Assembly (NCBI GenBank): GCA_013416795.1
Contig: RQSC01000750.1
Span: 70,888-123,263 of the forward strand
Origin: Prasinococcaceae sp. CCMP 1430
Lineage: Eukaryota; Plantae; Prasinodermophyta
Length of the DNA: 52,376 bases
Direction: 5' to 3'
Made by a program: the position numbers and the translations under genes. Shown here piece by piece: positions 30,968 through 41,811 of the stretch; the first letter of the stretch is position 1, and every line of letters starts with the position of its first letter. The notes under the pieces are model-generated. The model was given only the letters and a program-made list of their open reading frames with translations. It had not been told where the DNA came from and did no database searches.

Positions 30968-33900
30968 GTGATCGGTCGGAGCGGGGGTGCGGCCTCGCCT
31001 CGGGCGGGCGACGCGCGGGCGCCGAGGCACAGGAAGGCCCGGCGGGGCCGTGCAGGCGGTTTCGGGGCCAAGCCTGACGCCGCTACCAGGCCCAAGGCGA
31101 CGACCGGTCGCCCGCGCCTGACGAAAGATGCGCGCAGGCTCACGAACGAGCTACGGCTCGCGTGCTTCATGGGCGACCAGGCGGAGTCAATCGCGCGGCT
31201 GATCGCCAAGGGTGCCAACGCGAGCGCCTTCGACACCCTACCATTTGCTGACGGGGGCTTCGACTCATCATCGTCGCACAAGAAGCGCTCCGGGAGAGGC
31301 GGTGGGCCGAGGGGTGGCGCAGCGGGCGACGGCGCTCCTGCGTCCACTCAGAGCGGCATGAATGGCTATCCTGTGCTCGGCTCAGGCCTCTCGAGCGGGC
31401 TGTCACCGCTGGGTGCATGCATTCTGCGCAGCTATTCGGAGCGGACCGCGGGGGTGATGGGGGCGCTGATGGTCGGCGGTGGGGCCACGGGTGCCAGGGG
31501 GGGGCAGGACAGCACCCTACCAAGCCTGGGCGACGCCGAAAGCCGCGCACTTGCTGCATTTGACGCGCTTCTCGAAGGAGGCGCCGACGTCAACGCATGC
31601 GATGTGGACGGCTCCACAGCGCTCATGCTCGCTGCGGAGCTCGGCGAGGTGGGCTTCGTGGAGAAGCTCATAAATGCTGGCGCAAACATCAAGGCGAAGC
31701 GCGCAGACGGCCTAACGGCGCTCCACGCAGTCATCGGCAGCAGTGAATTGATGCCAGTGCATGTGATGGGGCCTATTGTGCAGATGCTCGTCCTCTCCGG
31801 TGCGGATGTCAATGCCAGCGCGCGCGTGGACACCCAGCGCTCGGGTTACGCGGCCAAGGTCGAAGCTGACCTGCAACGCGAGCGGGACGAGGAGGGACGG
31901 GAGGGACGCAAGGGGGCTGGGGCATCAGTGGACGAAGTCACATCGGGGCGGGCGTCCAGCGAGATCGTTAAGAAGGAATATACGCCGCTCCAGCTCGCCG
32001 TGGAGCGGTGCCAAGACGTCGCTGTGGCGTCCTTACTGCTCGAGGCGGGTGCTGACCCAAACATTGCTAATGACGAGGGTGCCACCCCGCTGCACATCGC
32101 CGTGCTGCGCAACGACGGGCTCACGGTGCGCAGGCTGCTTGTGGCGGGCGCGTTCCCGCGCGCACTGTACATCGGCGCTACGCCGCTGCGCGCAGCTGCC
32201 ACACTGGGTAATTTCGCGGCCTGCGAGGCGCTCATCGAGGCAGGTGCGGCGCTCACATCAGGTATTGAGGACGGCGCCAATGGTGGCGAGATCCCTCTTG
32301 CAGCTGCGTGCAGGAATGGCCACGAGGACGTCGCCATGCTTCTGTACGAAGAAACGCTCATCAGGCTCTCGCTCGAGGATGCCGATCCTGCGCCCTCCGC
32401 AGCAGCCGACGCCGCGCAGGTGGTCGCCGACGAAACGGAAGGCGCCAGCGGCCGTGGTGCCATGACTGTTCTCAGCGGCGTGGGCAGCGGGGGTGGGCCA
32501 AAGGCGGCGACGCTGAGCCGTGCTGATGGGCTTGATTGCGTGGCCGCAGCGGTGCTGGGCGGAAATCACTTCTGTATCGGGCTGGCGCTCTCGCTCACCT
32601 GGGAGCCGCGCGGCGCTCTCGAAGCGCTTCACTCGCTCGCAGACGAGCGCGGTTGCGAGGAGACGCTGCACGAGGCCTTGGCACTGCTCAGACTGCGAGA
32701 AGTGGCGGGGACGGACGGTTTCGATGAGCAACTCGATGCTATGTCAGCATACGCTGCAGAGGACGGCGCGATTGCCAGCGCCGAGGTGGGATCGGCCTAC
32801 AGTGGTGCAATTGCCAAGGCGAATGCCGACGCCGACGCTTTCTTTGGGGACTGCTTGCGCCAGCAAGCTCTGGCGGAGCACACCATCTCCTCAAGCGGCG
32901 ACAGGGACGTGTATGAGGCAGTGTCGGCGCTCGAGCAGGCCGGCGGTATCCTGCTCGTGCAAGAGGCAATACGCTCCAAGGCGCCGCCGGGCGGTGACAC
33001 AAAGGGCGCAACCGGAGGGCATGGGCGCAAACCGATCCTTGAGTCCACCATGGCTGAGACTATTCTGGCCGCTGCGTGCTGGAGCGGCGCACAGGTGCAT
33101 TTGTGGCGGATGATGGCGGCGTCGGTGGCCATCGCGAGCACACGTGCTGAGAAAGCTATCGCGGATGCCACACAGTGCACAGCAGCAGGCGAAGCTATCA
33201 CTGACGCCACCATGGACGCTCTGCAGGCTGTTGAACGTCTTGCTGAGCTCGCTGCGCGTGCGCATGCTGTGTGCGCGATGCCAGGCCCACCTGGCATGTG
33301 TGCCGCACTTGCGGACCTCGCGCAGCGCGCGACAGCGGTAACTGGCGAGGCCAAGCGTGCTGAAGCAATGGCGCGCAGGGAAGGCAAGCTTGAAACTGCG
33401 CGGTCTTTCGATGCGGTCAGGGTGGCTACGTCGCGGTGGGCGCGGCGTTGGATGCGGCGTGGCGAGTCGGGAGGCGGCTCGCGCGCTGCGGATGATCACG
33501 CTGCCCAGGCGGCTTACGCGGCCTTGCACCGTGGTAGGGCAGTGCGCAGCACACGACGCCGGCGGCCAGCGGCTGCCGCGAATATTTCCAACGGGTCCAA
33601 AGCAAGTGCGGGTGGCGCCATCGCCCGAAGCGCGGAGCCTGGGGCGAAGGCTGGAAAGCCTAGAAGGCGCAGGGGCACCAAGGGCGGTGGCTTCGAGTAC
33701 GTGTCTGGCGTGGCAGCCATCGACGCCTTCATGCGCCGCCCCGGCAATGTAGTCTTCTCTGCATTCACCTCAGAGGGATTCGCCGGCTGGATGCTCTCCC
33801 AGATCAAGCAAGGGCTCACGTCGCCCCGCATCAGTCTCAAACTACAGAAGCGCATGAGGCTCTTCGTGAGCGCTGGCGTGAGCGAAGACGAGGGTGATGC

Positions 33901-35476
33901 TATTGATCCGCACGCGGCCGATGCTGCGGACGATCCTGGCGCGGCTGATGATCGCGGAGTGATAGCACATGGCGGTGGTGACGCGGCCACCGATGCTGGC
34001 GTTTCCGTGGTGACGGCACGCAATTCTGACGCTGCCACCAAGGCTGACGAGGGCGGTGGAGGCGACGAGCGAGATATTTTTGTGCAGACGCGCGGTGATG
34101 GCGAAGGCAGCGTGTCTGAGAGGGACACTGCGGATGCGCGTGACGCGGCTGCAGTTGCTGACCCGGGGCTGGGCGATGCAAACGACGACGATCTGGAGGC
34201 GCGCAAGACTCAGCTAGAGGAAAGGCTCGCGCGCGCTGAGAGCTCTGTGCTCTCGCGTCTGGAGCAGGCCAAGGCTCGTTCTTACTCGCAAATGCTTGAC
34301 AGCGGCTTTGCTTTCGAAGCGAGCGCGGCGAATATCGTGGCCGAACGCGCTGAGGAGGCTTTCGGCGAAGGTACCTTTGTACTGCACAACGTGCGCTTCG
34401 GCAACTTCCACGGTGTCACGGGCGAGGTAGACCTCGTGGTCATTCGCGAGGTTGCTGCAGATGACATCGGCCTCGGCAAAGCCTCTCGCACCACATCGCA
34501 TGGCGTCCACACGGCCTCGCGCCCGGACGCCGGGGAGCCTGTCACCCAAGAAGGCGGCACTGGCAGTGCTGACGAGGGCCTCGGGGAAGCTTCGACAGAG
34601 ACTGTGCAAGCCGTGCGCTATGCTGAGGTCCTCGCCTTCGTCGAAAGCAAACGCAACGCTGACGACGTTGGCAAAGCGTTTTCGCGGTATCAGACCTTGC
34701 TCGCGTGGCTCACGGGCGAGCGACACAGGTACGACCCGAGCAGCTTCGTGAGTGCGCGTTTCCCCAGTGGCCACTATGACGAGGGCGGGCTGCGAGAGAG
34801 CGCGGGCGCCTCCGGCGCGATTGCCGACGCTGGAACTGCACTCTTCCACATAGAGGGCGACGTCAAATGGTGCTTCTCTCCAGCGTCGTTCAAGAGCGCG
34901 TTCCGCCGTGACCCGCACGTGGGCCTGTATGTGGACCGCCTGTGGTGGTGCACGCTCATCCCGCAGAAGGCCATTACTGGCGTGGATTCTCGAAGCCGGC
35001 ATCGCATGCTCATAGCGTGTGCGGAGCGCGCTTTGATGGCCATGGGCGTGCGCAAGGCCGCCAAGGCGCTGGCGATGGCTGAGCTCGAATTGGAGCCCGA
35101 GATGGGTGAAGAATGCTACGAGGCGCTTGAGAGTGCACACACTGACGGGGTGCCACAAGCCATCGCCAGTGGTCAGAAGGAGACCACGAAGGCTCAAGGT
35201 GACACTGGCGCGGGGAGCAGCATGCGCTCGCAAAGCAGTGGCGACGACCACGAAGCCGGCACATCGCCGGAGGGTGCGAATGCGGTGGCATATGATGATC
35301 TCTCCGTGGGCGCTGGGCCGGAGGCGCGTGGTGACCCTTCAGGGGCATCATCTGCTAGCACCGAAGATGAGGCGGACATCCAGGTGGTGCCGCTGGACTC
35401 ATTCGACGTGCTCCACCTGTACGGGTCTCGGCCTGAGTGGGGTGAGCAGTTTATTTTCGTCAAGAGTGAGCGGTAG
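30968..35476 (+). CDS. Large intronless ankyrin-repeat protein with a C-terminal PD-(D/E)XK nuclease-like domain (1502 aa ORF)
   Basis: About 8-10 ankyrin repeats (GADVNACDVDGSTALMLAAELG, GADPNIANDEGATPLHIAV...). The C-terminal GFAFE (~34304), VLHNVRF, GEVDLVVI (34421-34444) and FVESKRN (~34636-34656) give the E..D..ExK arrangement. Confidence 0.75.
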   Translation: MIGRSGGAASPRAGDARAPRHRKARRGRAGGFGAKPDAATRPKATTGRPRLTKDARRLTNELRLACFMGDQAESIARLIAKGANASAFDTLPFADGGFDSSSSHKKRSGRGGGPRGGAAGDGAPASTQSGMNGYPVLGSGLSSGLSPLGACILRSYSERTAGVMGALMVGGGATGARGGQDSTLPSLGDAESRALAAFDALLEGGADVNACDVDGSTALMLAAELGEVGFVEKLINAGANIKAKRADGLTALHAVIGSSELMPVHVMGPIVQMLVLSGADVNASARVDTQRSGYAAKVEADLQRERDEEGREGRKGAGASVDEVTSGRASSEIVKKEYTPLQLAVERCQDVAVASLLLEAGADPNIANDEGATPLHIAVLRNDGLTVRRLLVAGAFPRALYIGATPLRAAATLGNFAACEALIEAGAALTSGIEDGANGGEIPLAAACRNGHEDVAMLLYEETLIRLSLEDADPAPSAAADAAQVVADETEGASGRGAMTVLSGVGSGGGPKAATLSRADGLDCVAAAVLGGNHFCIGLALSLTWEPRGALEALHSLADERGCEETLHEALALLRLREVAGTDGFDEQLDAMSAYAAEDGAIASAEVGSAYSGAIAKANADADAFFGDCLRQQALAEHTISSSGDRDVYEAVSALEQAGGILLVQEAIRSKAPPGGDTKGATGGHGRKPILESTMAETILAAACWSGAQVHLWRMMAASVAIASTRAEKAIADATQCTAAGEAITDATMDALQAVERLAELAARAHAVCAMPGPPGMCAALADLAQRATAVTGEAKRAEAMARREGKLETARSFDAVRVATSRWARRWMRRGESGGGSRAADDHAAQAAYAALHRGRAVRSTRRRRPAAAANISNGSKASAGGAIARSAEPGAKAGKPRRRRGTKGGGFEYVSGVAAIDAFMRRPGNVVFSAFTSEGFAGWMLSQIKQGLTSPRISLKLQKRMRLFVSAGVSEDEGDAIDPHAADAADDPGAADDRGVIAHGGGDAATDAGVSVVTARNSDAATKADEGGGGDERDIFVQTRGDGEGSVSERDTADARDAAAVADPGLGDANDDDLEARKTQLEERLARAESSVLSRLEQAKARSYSQMLDSGFAFEASAANIVAERAEEAFGEGTFVLHNVRFGNFHGVTGEVDLVVIREVAADDIGLGKASRTTSHGVHTASRPDAGEPVTQEGGTGSADEGLGEASTETVQAVRYAEVLAFVESKRNADDVGKAFSRYQTLLAWLTGERHRYDPSSFVSARFPSGHYDEGGLRESAGASGAIADAGTALFHIEGDVKWCFSPASFKSAFRRDPHVGLYVDRLWWCTLIPQKAITGVDSRSRHRMLIACAERALMAMGVRKAAKALAMAELELEPEMGEECYEALESAHTDGVPQAIASGQKETTKAQGDTGAGSSMRSQSSGDDHEAGTSPEGANAVAYDDLSVGAGPEARGDPSGASSASTEDEADIQVVPLDSFDVLHLYGSRPEWGEQFIFVKSER

Positions 35477-35712
35477 ATGGACACCACCCTCCGTTGCATG
35501 TACAGTACCAATTTTTATGTACTAATCATTTTTGGTGTACATATGAAGCGCGAGCACGTCGCCGCACCGCGCCGCGATGCACGCCTGTGTGATGTGATGT
35601 ATTTGTATGCGTTCGCTTGCGTTGGAGGGCACGACGGCGCTGCGGGACAGGGTGCACACACACCTGGGTGATTACGCCACAATTTTTAATGGTACACAGG
35701 GGGAGTCACCAT

Positions 35713-36469
35713 CTACAGCGTGCATGCGCCTTTGCCTCGCTCGGCAGCTGGGTCCAAGGCGCCCTGAGCTCTGTACACGCGCTTAGCCATCGTCAACGTC
35801 CGCCGGGGCCCTAGGTAGATGCACCAAGTGCGGTCCATGCGCATGCGTTCCTCGACCGGATCCACCACGCGCTTGTAGCCTAAGCGCTCGTAGAGCCGGC
35901 ACGCGCCTTCGTTGTGTGCCTCGACCTCGAGCTCGATCTCACAGCATCCTTCGTCCGCGGCGATAGCTTCAGCCCTAGCGAGCATGCCACTGCCGATGCC
36001 CCGATTGCGCAAGCCCTCCTCAACGCACACGAATTGGAGGTGTGCGCAGCGCAAACTCTTGCCGCACACGACTTGAGCGCTCACGAGCACTCGCGCCGCA
36101 GCAAGCACGCGGCCTGTGCTTTTGTCTTCGGCACAGATTGTGTGGACTTGCGTGTCCTTGGCGATAGCTCCGTCACCTTCCCATTTGACGACGTCAGCGT
36201 CGCTGGTACACTCTTCACCGTGTGCCTCAGCGCGCAAGCGCGCGACACACTGTGTACGATCCGAAGCGAACGCGCGCGCCGCCGCGTGGATACGTACCAG
36301 AGCGCGCGCACCGCGTCAGTGCATGTTGCGTTCGACGTCGCGCGCCGCGACGACGCCTCGCGGCGCCTATGGCTTAGCGATACACCTTGGCGTCGCGCGG
36401 CCTTGTCGCGCGATACCGCAGCTGCGGGTTGTCATCGGCCGCGACTGCCACTGCCACCGCCACGGGCAT
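35713..36469 (-). CDS. GNAT family N-acetyltransferase; exons 36469-36386 and 36249-35713
   Basis: LRYRATRPRDAK|CVARLRAE ... HLQFVCVEEGLRNRGIGSGML (motif A, RxxGxG) ... ELEVEAHNEGACRLYERLGY (motif B). Phase-0 intron. Confidence 0.88.
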
Positions 36470-37015
36470 TCCGCGCCGATGCGTCGCTTCGCCTCCCGTC
36501 AAGCCCAGCCTAGCCCCTCATGCCGCCTTGCGCGCGCCTCTGCCCAACCCGAGGCCGCCTCGAAGACCTCGCCCGCGCGCGCGCCCGTCCCCGCGCCGCG
36601 CCGCCCCGACGCGCCCGCCGCGCACCCCAAAGCGAACAGCCCCGCCCATCCCGTCCCCGACGCGCGCTCGCTCTCAGTCCGCCCCACCACCCACCCCTCG
36701 AGGCCGGGCGAGAGCGACGGAGGGACGGAGTGACGATGGGGCCCCGAGGGGGCACCCAGGGGGCACACGCGCGCGCGCTGTGGCGCGCCCCACAACCCCC
36801 GGCGGTGAGCGAGGGGCGAGAGCGAGGCAGAAAAGGGGGAAATGCCCCCCCCACCTGCCCCAGTTGTTTTTTTCCGAGCGCTTTTCCGCGCTTTCGCGCG
36901 CTTCGCGTCGCTCCGCGCGCGGCCGAATGCGAATCCGAATCCGCCGGCTCCCATACACGTGATACCGAGCGTCGGCGGCATTTCCCGCACGTCGCGTCTC
37001 GCGCCGACGCGCTCG

Positions 37016-37052
<37 letters not shown>

Positions 37053-38778
37053 GGGGGTACGCGAGCGAGCCGAGCCGAGTGCGGGCGGCGCCGCGATGAA
37101 GCCGGCGCGCGCGGACGCGCCGCAGCTAAGGCGCATTGTAGGCGCGGCACGCCTGCGCTCGCGCCCACGCCCGCGCAACCGACGCAGCGCCGCGCGCCGC
37201 GCCGCCGCTCGGGGAACCGCCCGCAAAACTTACACACAGTAGACTGCAATTGGGAACCTTAACGTTTCCGTTTTGTTCCGTTTTGAACTACGTAAGTAAC
37301 TGAAATCGCGGTTTCAAGGCGATTTCAGTTACTGTACAGTAGTACTAGAAACGCACACGAAACGCGTTGGGCGGGAGCGCCCTCGACGCGACCGTTCTGA
37401 TGTGTAATGTAAACCCTGTTCACACCCAAATCCGGTACCGGAGCGCGCGGGTGTTCCCCACCCGCGCGCGCGCGCGCGCGTTCCCCCGCGCGCCAGGCGC
37501 CACGACTGGAAGCTGCTGCGCCCCGTCGGCAGCTGCTGCGCGCGGTTCGGAAGCTGCGCGCCGTGGAGGCGACGCCGCGTGCACCATCCGTACCGGGGTC
37601 GAAACAAGTTCCTCCTGGGTGGGGGAACCGCCAGTTGCACGTTGGGTTGCCCTTTAGGTGCCACGACAGGGCGGGCACACGCCCACACGCCCACGCCCCG
37701 CGGAAGCCAATTCAGACCCACGCGCGTGCCAACGCTGTGACAAGGCCGCGCAACGGCCACGCACAATTCGTAACTGAGTCGGTTGCTACGCCGACGTTTG
37801 GCGGGGCGGGGCTGAGTCGGCGCGGCAGCTGCCGAGTACCTCCACGTGGAGCGGGCAATCTCGGAGTGCTCGGTGGAGCGCCGGTCGTTCAATCATATCC
37901 CATTCATGTGTGACCTCGACGACAAAAACCATGAACACACTCGCACAAAACGGCGCCCGTTTTCGTCGCCGCCGCCGCGCGCCACGTCGCGCGGCGGCCG
38001 TAGCGCGCGGCGGCCACGGGCGGGGCAACGGGCGGGGCCAGCGGCGCGGGGGGGGGGGGAAGGGGGACGCAGGCGGGGAGAGACGCCCGGCAGGCGCGTG
38101 CCAGAGTGGTCGCGGCCGGCAGGGGTGGTCGTCGCGTCGGTGCTGAGGTGAGGACGCGCGGCGTCCACCCGCGCGCCTGGACTGCTCTTGGCCTGCCTGC
38201 CCGCGCGCGGGCGTTGCAATCCCCCGAAGCTGCTAGCCGCCGCGTCGCGCGGCGGGCACTGGCCACAAGGTGCGGCAGCGTGGAGGGCGCAGGCGGGCTA
38301 GGGCCGCCAGGCGGGCGCCCGCCAGAGTGACTGCAGGCGGTGGGCGCAGGCAGGCAGGGGCGGTCGTAAAGCCAGCGCTCTGCACAGGTTGCGCGGCGTC
38401 CACGCACTCCTGGACTGCCGCAGTCCGACTCCGTGCCTCAGAGAAGTCCGTGCGGACGTAGTCGCACTGGAGGGGCTGGAGCGGCGCTGTGTGGTGTTCC
38501 GCGGTGCGGAAGAGCAATGCAGACTTGCTGAGGGCCTCGGCCGACGGGCACGCGTGGACAGGCAGGTGCTGGACGAGGACGAGGAAAAGGGTGGGGTGAG
38601 GAGGCGTCTTTGTCGTTTCTCAGATTTCGCGGTGCCCGCGTGCCACCGAGGCGGGAGCGCCAGGCCCACGTCGTTCTTTGCGCCTCGAAGCGCGCGGCTG
38701 TGAGGGCCACGCGCGCTCTACACCTGCACTGTCTAGAGGCAGACAGCTGTGCGAGGGCGCGGCGTGACCCTCAAAACG

Positions 38779-39954
38779 ATGTCGGGGCCGCCCTCCTTGG
38801 CCGCGCCCGCGAGAAATCGGCGGCGCGCGACGAGGGTGACATGCCACGCGTGCGGGCACGCGGGCAGCGAGAGGTACCCTGTCATACTGTGTGAGTGCGG
38901 ACGATGCTACCACGAGCACGACTGCGGGAAGAGGCGCAAGGATTATGCCGTGCTCATGCGCAGCTCTGGTGACGCCGACAGCGCTGAGAAGGCGCTCAAG
39001 ATGACCTGCTGTACGGTGTGCGCAGGAATCTGTGGCTGCGTGGGAGGCCAGTACCAGTGCATGACCAACAAGTCAAAGCATCGCATGCGCAAGCGTCGAC
39101 TACACGAAGGCGATACTACCACCGAAAACGTCAGCCTCGCTGGCCACGGCCCGTCGACCCCCAGATTGCCTGGCGTAGTCGGAGAGAACGTGGGACAAAA
39201 GCGCAAGCACCCCTCAGCGATCTCTGGCAGGCCGGCGTCTGAGAGAAGAGTCGCAGCAGCGAGCGACACTTTGGTGGCGCCCGACGGCGCCGGCGGCGGG
39301 GGGCGCAAGGTGATGGCTCGGAGCAGCCGTGGGAAAGGCCTTGAAACAGACTCGCGCCAGCAGGTGCAACAGACCATCCAGCGCAGCACCCCGGTCGTGT
39401 CCGGGCACGAGGAGCAAGCTGGTGTCCGGGCGCACATACGCTCTCGCACGCATTCGGGCGCTGTGATTTTCTCGCCAGTACCTGCGCACTTGTCGCAGTC
39501 GGTCGGGCCTGCCGTTGACTTCACAAACACGAGCAGCTTGCATCCGATGCCGGAGTCGGCGCATTTGATCAGTCACGGCGAGATCAACAGCAGCCTCCCA
39601 AACGCGCACAATTACTACAGGCACCTGCACCTTCTGGGACACATGAAACCTGACCTCCAGCCTGGCAGCCAATTCAGCGTCGGTGATATCGCCAACGACC
39701 TCATCGCCGAGCCGACCGCCTTAGTGTTACTGCCACAACACAGCGCGGGCGCGGGCGCATCTGCTGTGGAGCCAGGTATCGCAGCAGCTGCAGCACCGCG
39801 CGTACCACTGCCGCTACATGATCAACTCGTTGGGAACGATCGTCCGACAGTACCAACACAGCAACATTTGCCCGCCCGCCCATCAGGTCGCCGAGTGAGC
39901 CAGTCTGCCGGCCAGACGACCACTTCCCCGCCTGCCCCACAGGTGACCGAGTGA
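38779..39954 (+). CDS. Cys-rich zinc-finger protein (zf-4CXXC_R1/CDCA7-like N-terminal finger) with a long disordered tail; upstream exons possible
   Basis: TCHACG...ILCECGRCYHEHDC...TCCTVCAGICGC...QC followed by the basic NLS-like KHRMRKRR. Confidence 0.6.
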   Translation: MSGPPSLAAPARNRRRATRVTCHACGHAGSERYPVILCECGRCYHEHDCGKRRKDYAVLMRSSGDADSAEKALKMTCCTVCAGICGCVGGQYQCMTNKSKHRMRKRRLHEGDTTTENVSLAGHGPSTPRLPGVVGENVGQKRKHPSAISGRPASERRVAAASDTLVAPDGAGGGGRKVMARSSRGKGLETDSRQQVQQTIQRSTPVVSGHEEQAGVRAHIRSRTHSGAVIFSPVPAHLSQSVGPAVDFTNTSSLHPMPESAHLISHGEINSSLPNAHNYYRHLHLLGHMKPDLQPGSQFSVGDIANDLIAEPTALVLLPQHSAGAGASAVEPGIAAAAAPRVPLPLHDQLVGNDRPTVPTQQHLPARPSGRRVSQSAGQTTTSPPAPQVTE

Positions 39955-40220
39955 ACCAGTCTACCAGACGGGACCCGTTGACGTGCCAGCTATCTCGGAC
40001 CCACGCATAGGACGACCTGACGTGTCGGACAGTACCTAAGCTGCTCCTGCACTGCCTATCGGGGCGTTCAGGTGTGAGCGCGAGCGCGAGCGCTTACAAA
40101 GAAAATTGACGCACACTCGCTAAGGAGTTCGCGCGCGTGTACGCGGCTGACTGTACCACCGTGTTTGCATTGTGCCGGCCCTGGCAGCACCACCTACTAC
40201 CCAGCCGAGTTGATGCAGGA

Positions 40221-40990
40221 CTACATGACACCGCCGTTGTGATCGCGCGGTGCATGACCGCGCTCTCTGGTCCCGGAGACTTCCCCTGCCATCGGTTCCG
40301 CGACGGAGACACTAGTGCTCCTCGCGACCAGTGAGTGCACCATGTCCATGCCTTTGGAGCTCGTTCTACGCACGACCAGCGAGCCCTCATCGATTGCGAC
40401 GACGTCCATCTCCTCGAGCTCGTGCAGGCGCACGCGTTGCCGTCGCGGACGTCGGCGTGCTCCCCAGCGCCGACCGTAGCCCACATCCCCCCCCCCCCCC
40501 TCCCCTCAGCGGCGCGCGGCCGCGTATCGCACAGGCATTCGGTCAGTCGGACTCACTGATTGATGATCGACAACTACGTCGAGGTGCTGCGTGGGGAGGG
40601 TCAGAAGTGGCGGCGCGCGGCCTTTGCAGGGCCGCGCGGCGCCCTGCCGCGGCCGCTGCAAAGCGTGGCGTGCGGCCGGCCTGGGTCAAACTGGCATTCT
40701 TCGCGCCCGACGGTGCTTTCCCCTTCTCTGTGCGGCGCGTCGCCGCGCAGCATGCACGCGTTCGGCCAATCGGGCTGACTGACCAACGCTCGGTCGACGA
40801 CAGCGGCCGTGCGGTGCAGATTGTCGACGGCTGCACTACGAGCGCACTGCGCTGTGCGACGCAGTGCACCGCGTGGGCTGCGCCGCCGGCGCGCGCTGTG
40901 ACGGCCGCCACACATCATCGCGCGGGACGGCGCCTCGGCCTCGGCGCCGGCGTTCCCCCAAAGTCCCCGTCGTCCTGGCGGACTCGCCCG
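40221..40990 (-). CDS. Possible small spliced hypothetical gene (5' extent uncertain)
   Basis: GC3-rich last exon (RLHELEEMDVVAIDEGSLVV...GGVM*), TGTAA at 40094-40098 (minus), and a CTGAC..CAG-bounded 30-nt micro-exon ending in a GTGAGT donor near 40556-40586. Confidence 0.3.
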
Positions 40991-41811
40991 TTGGGATGCC
41001 ATCCCATCCATCTCTAATACCGTACTGTCCTGTAGTACTAGCATCAGATGGTAGACTCACTCTCAGTCTCTCACTCAGTTTAATAAGCCTATTCTCTCAA
41101 CAGTGCTCCTGAAAGAAAATAACGCTTTGATTTCGATGCGCGTCACCGCTCGCAGGAAAAGCTCACCGCCAGCGGAATTCTTCGGAACGAAAAAGAAAAA
41201 CACGCCGTGCGAAAATGCACCCGCGCGGGACGCTCGCTCGCTCGCGCGCGCGCGGCGAAAAAAAAAAAAAAGGAATGCCCCCAGCGGGAGCGCGCGGCGG
41301 CCTCGCCGGGCCTCGCCGCGGCGGCGGCGGACCTCGCACGCCTCGCGGGGCGAGGTCGTCTGCTTCGGCGGCGAGGTGGCGGCCGACCGCCCGGCGGCGC
41401 TGCGGGGCGCTCGGCGGGGCGCCACCTCCTTGCTGCCGCTTGGCGGCGTGCCGCGCGCGAGCGATCGTCGCCGGGAGGCCAAAAAAAAAAAAAAAGATTG
41501 ATTGATTGAGGACTCGCGCGGCGCTTTTTTATGGATCGACTTTGCGGCCCTCGCGGGTGAAATTCGAAATCTTCCGTAAAACGTCTTTTGTCATTTGATG
41601 TCGCCCCGCGAACAAAACCCAACAAATGCGGGCGCGAAAAGCGGCCGCAGAGGGTGCCGACGCGACCCGTGGGGCGCGAGGTGCGCCACAGCGGGCGCAC
41701 TCCGCGCCGCCTCCGCCCCGCGGGGGCACGGCGCGGGGAGGCGACCCCTCGGCGAGGCCCTTTTCCTTCGCTGCCCTCGCCACCACCACCGCACGCGGCG
41801 GGCGGCAGCGC

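Noticed and set aside
38389-38703. ORF with LREVRADVVALEGL, faintly like an EEP-domain motif
   Set aside because: Short; an in-register antisense frame is equally open and there are no other catalytic motifs. It may be an upstream exon of the zinc-finger gene but cannot be supported.
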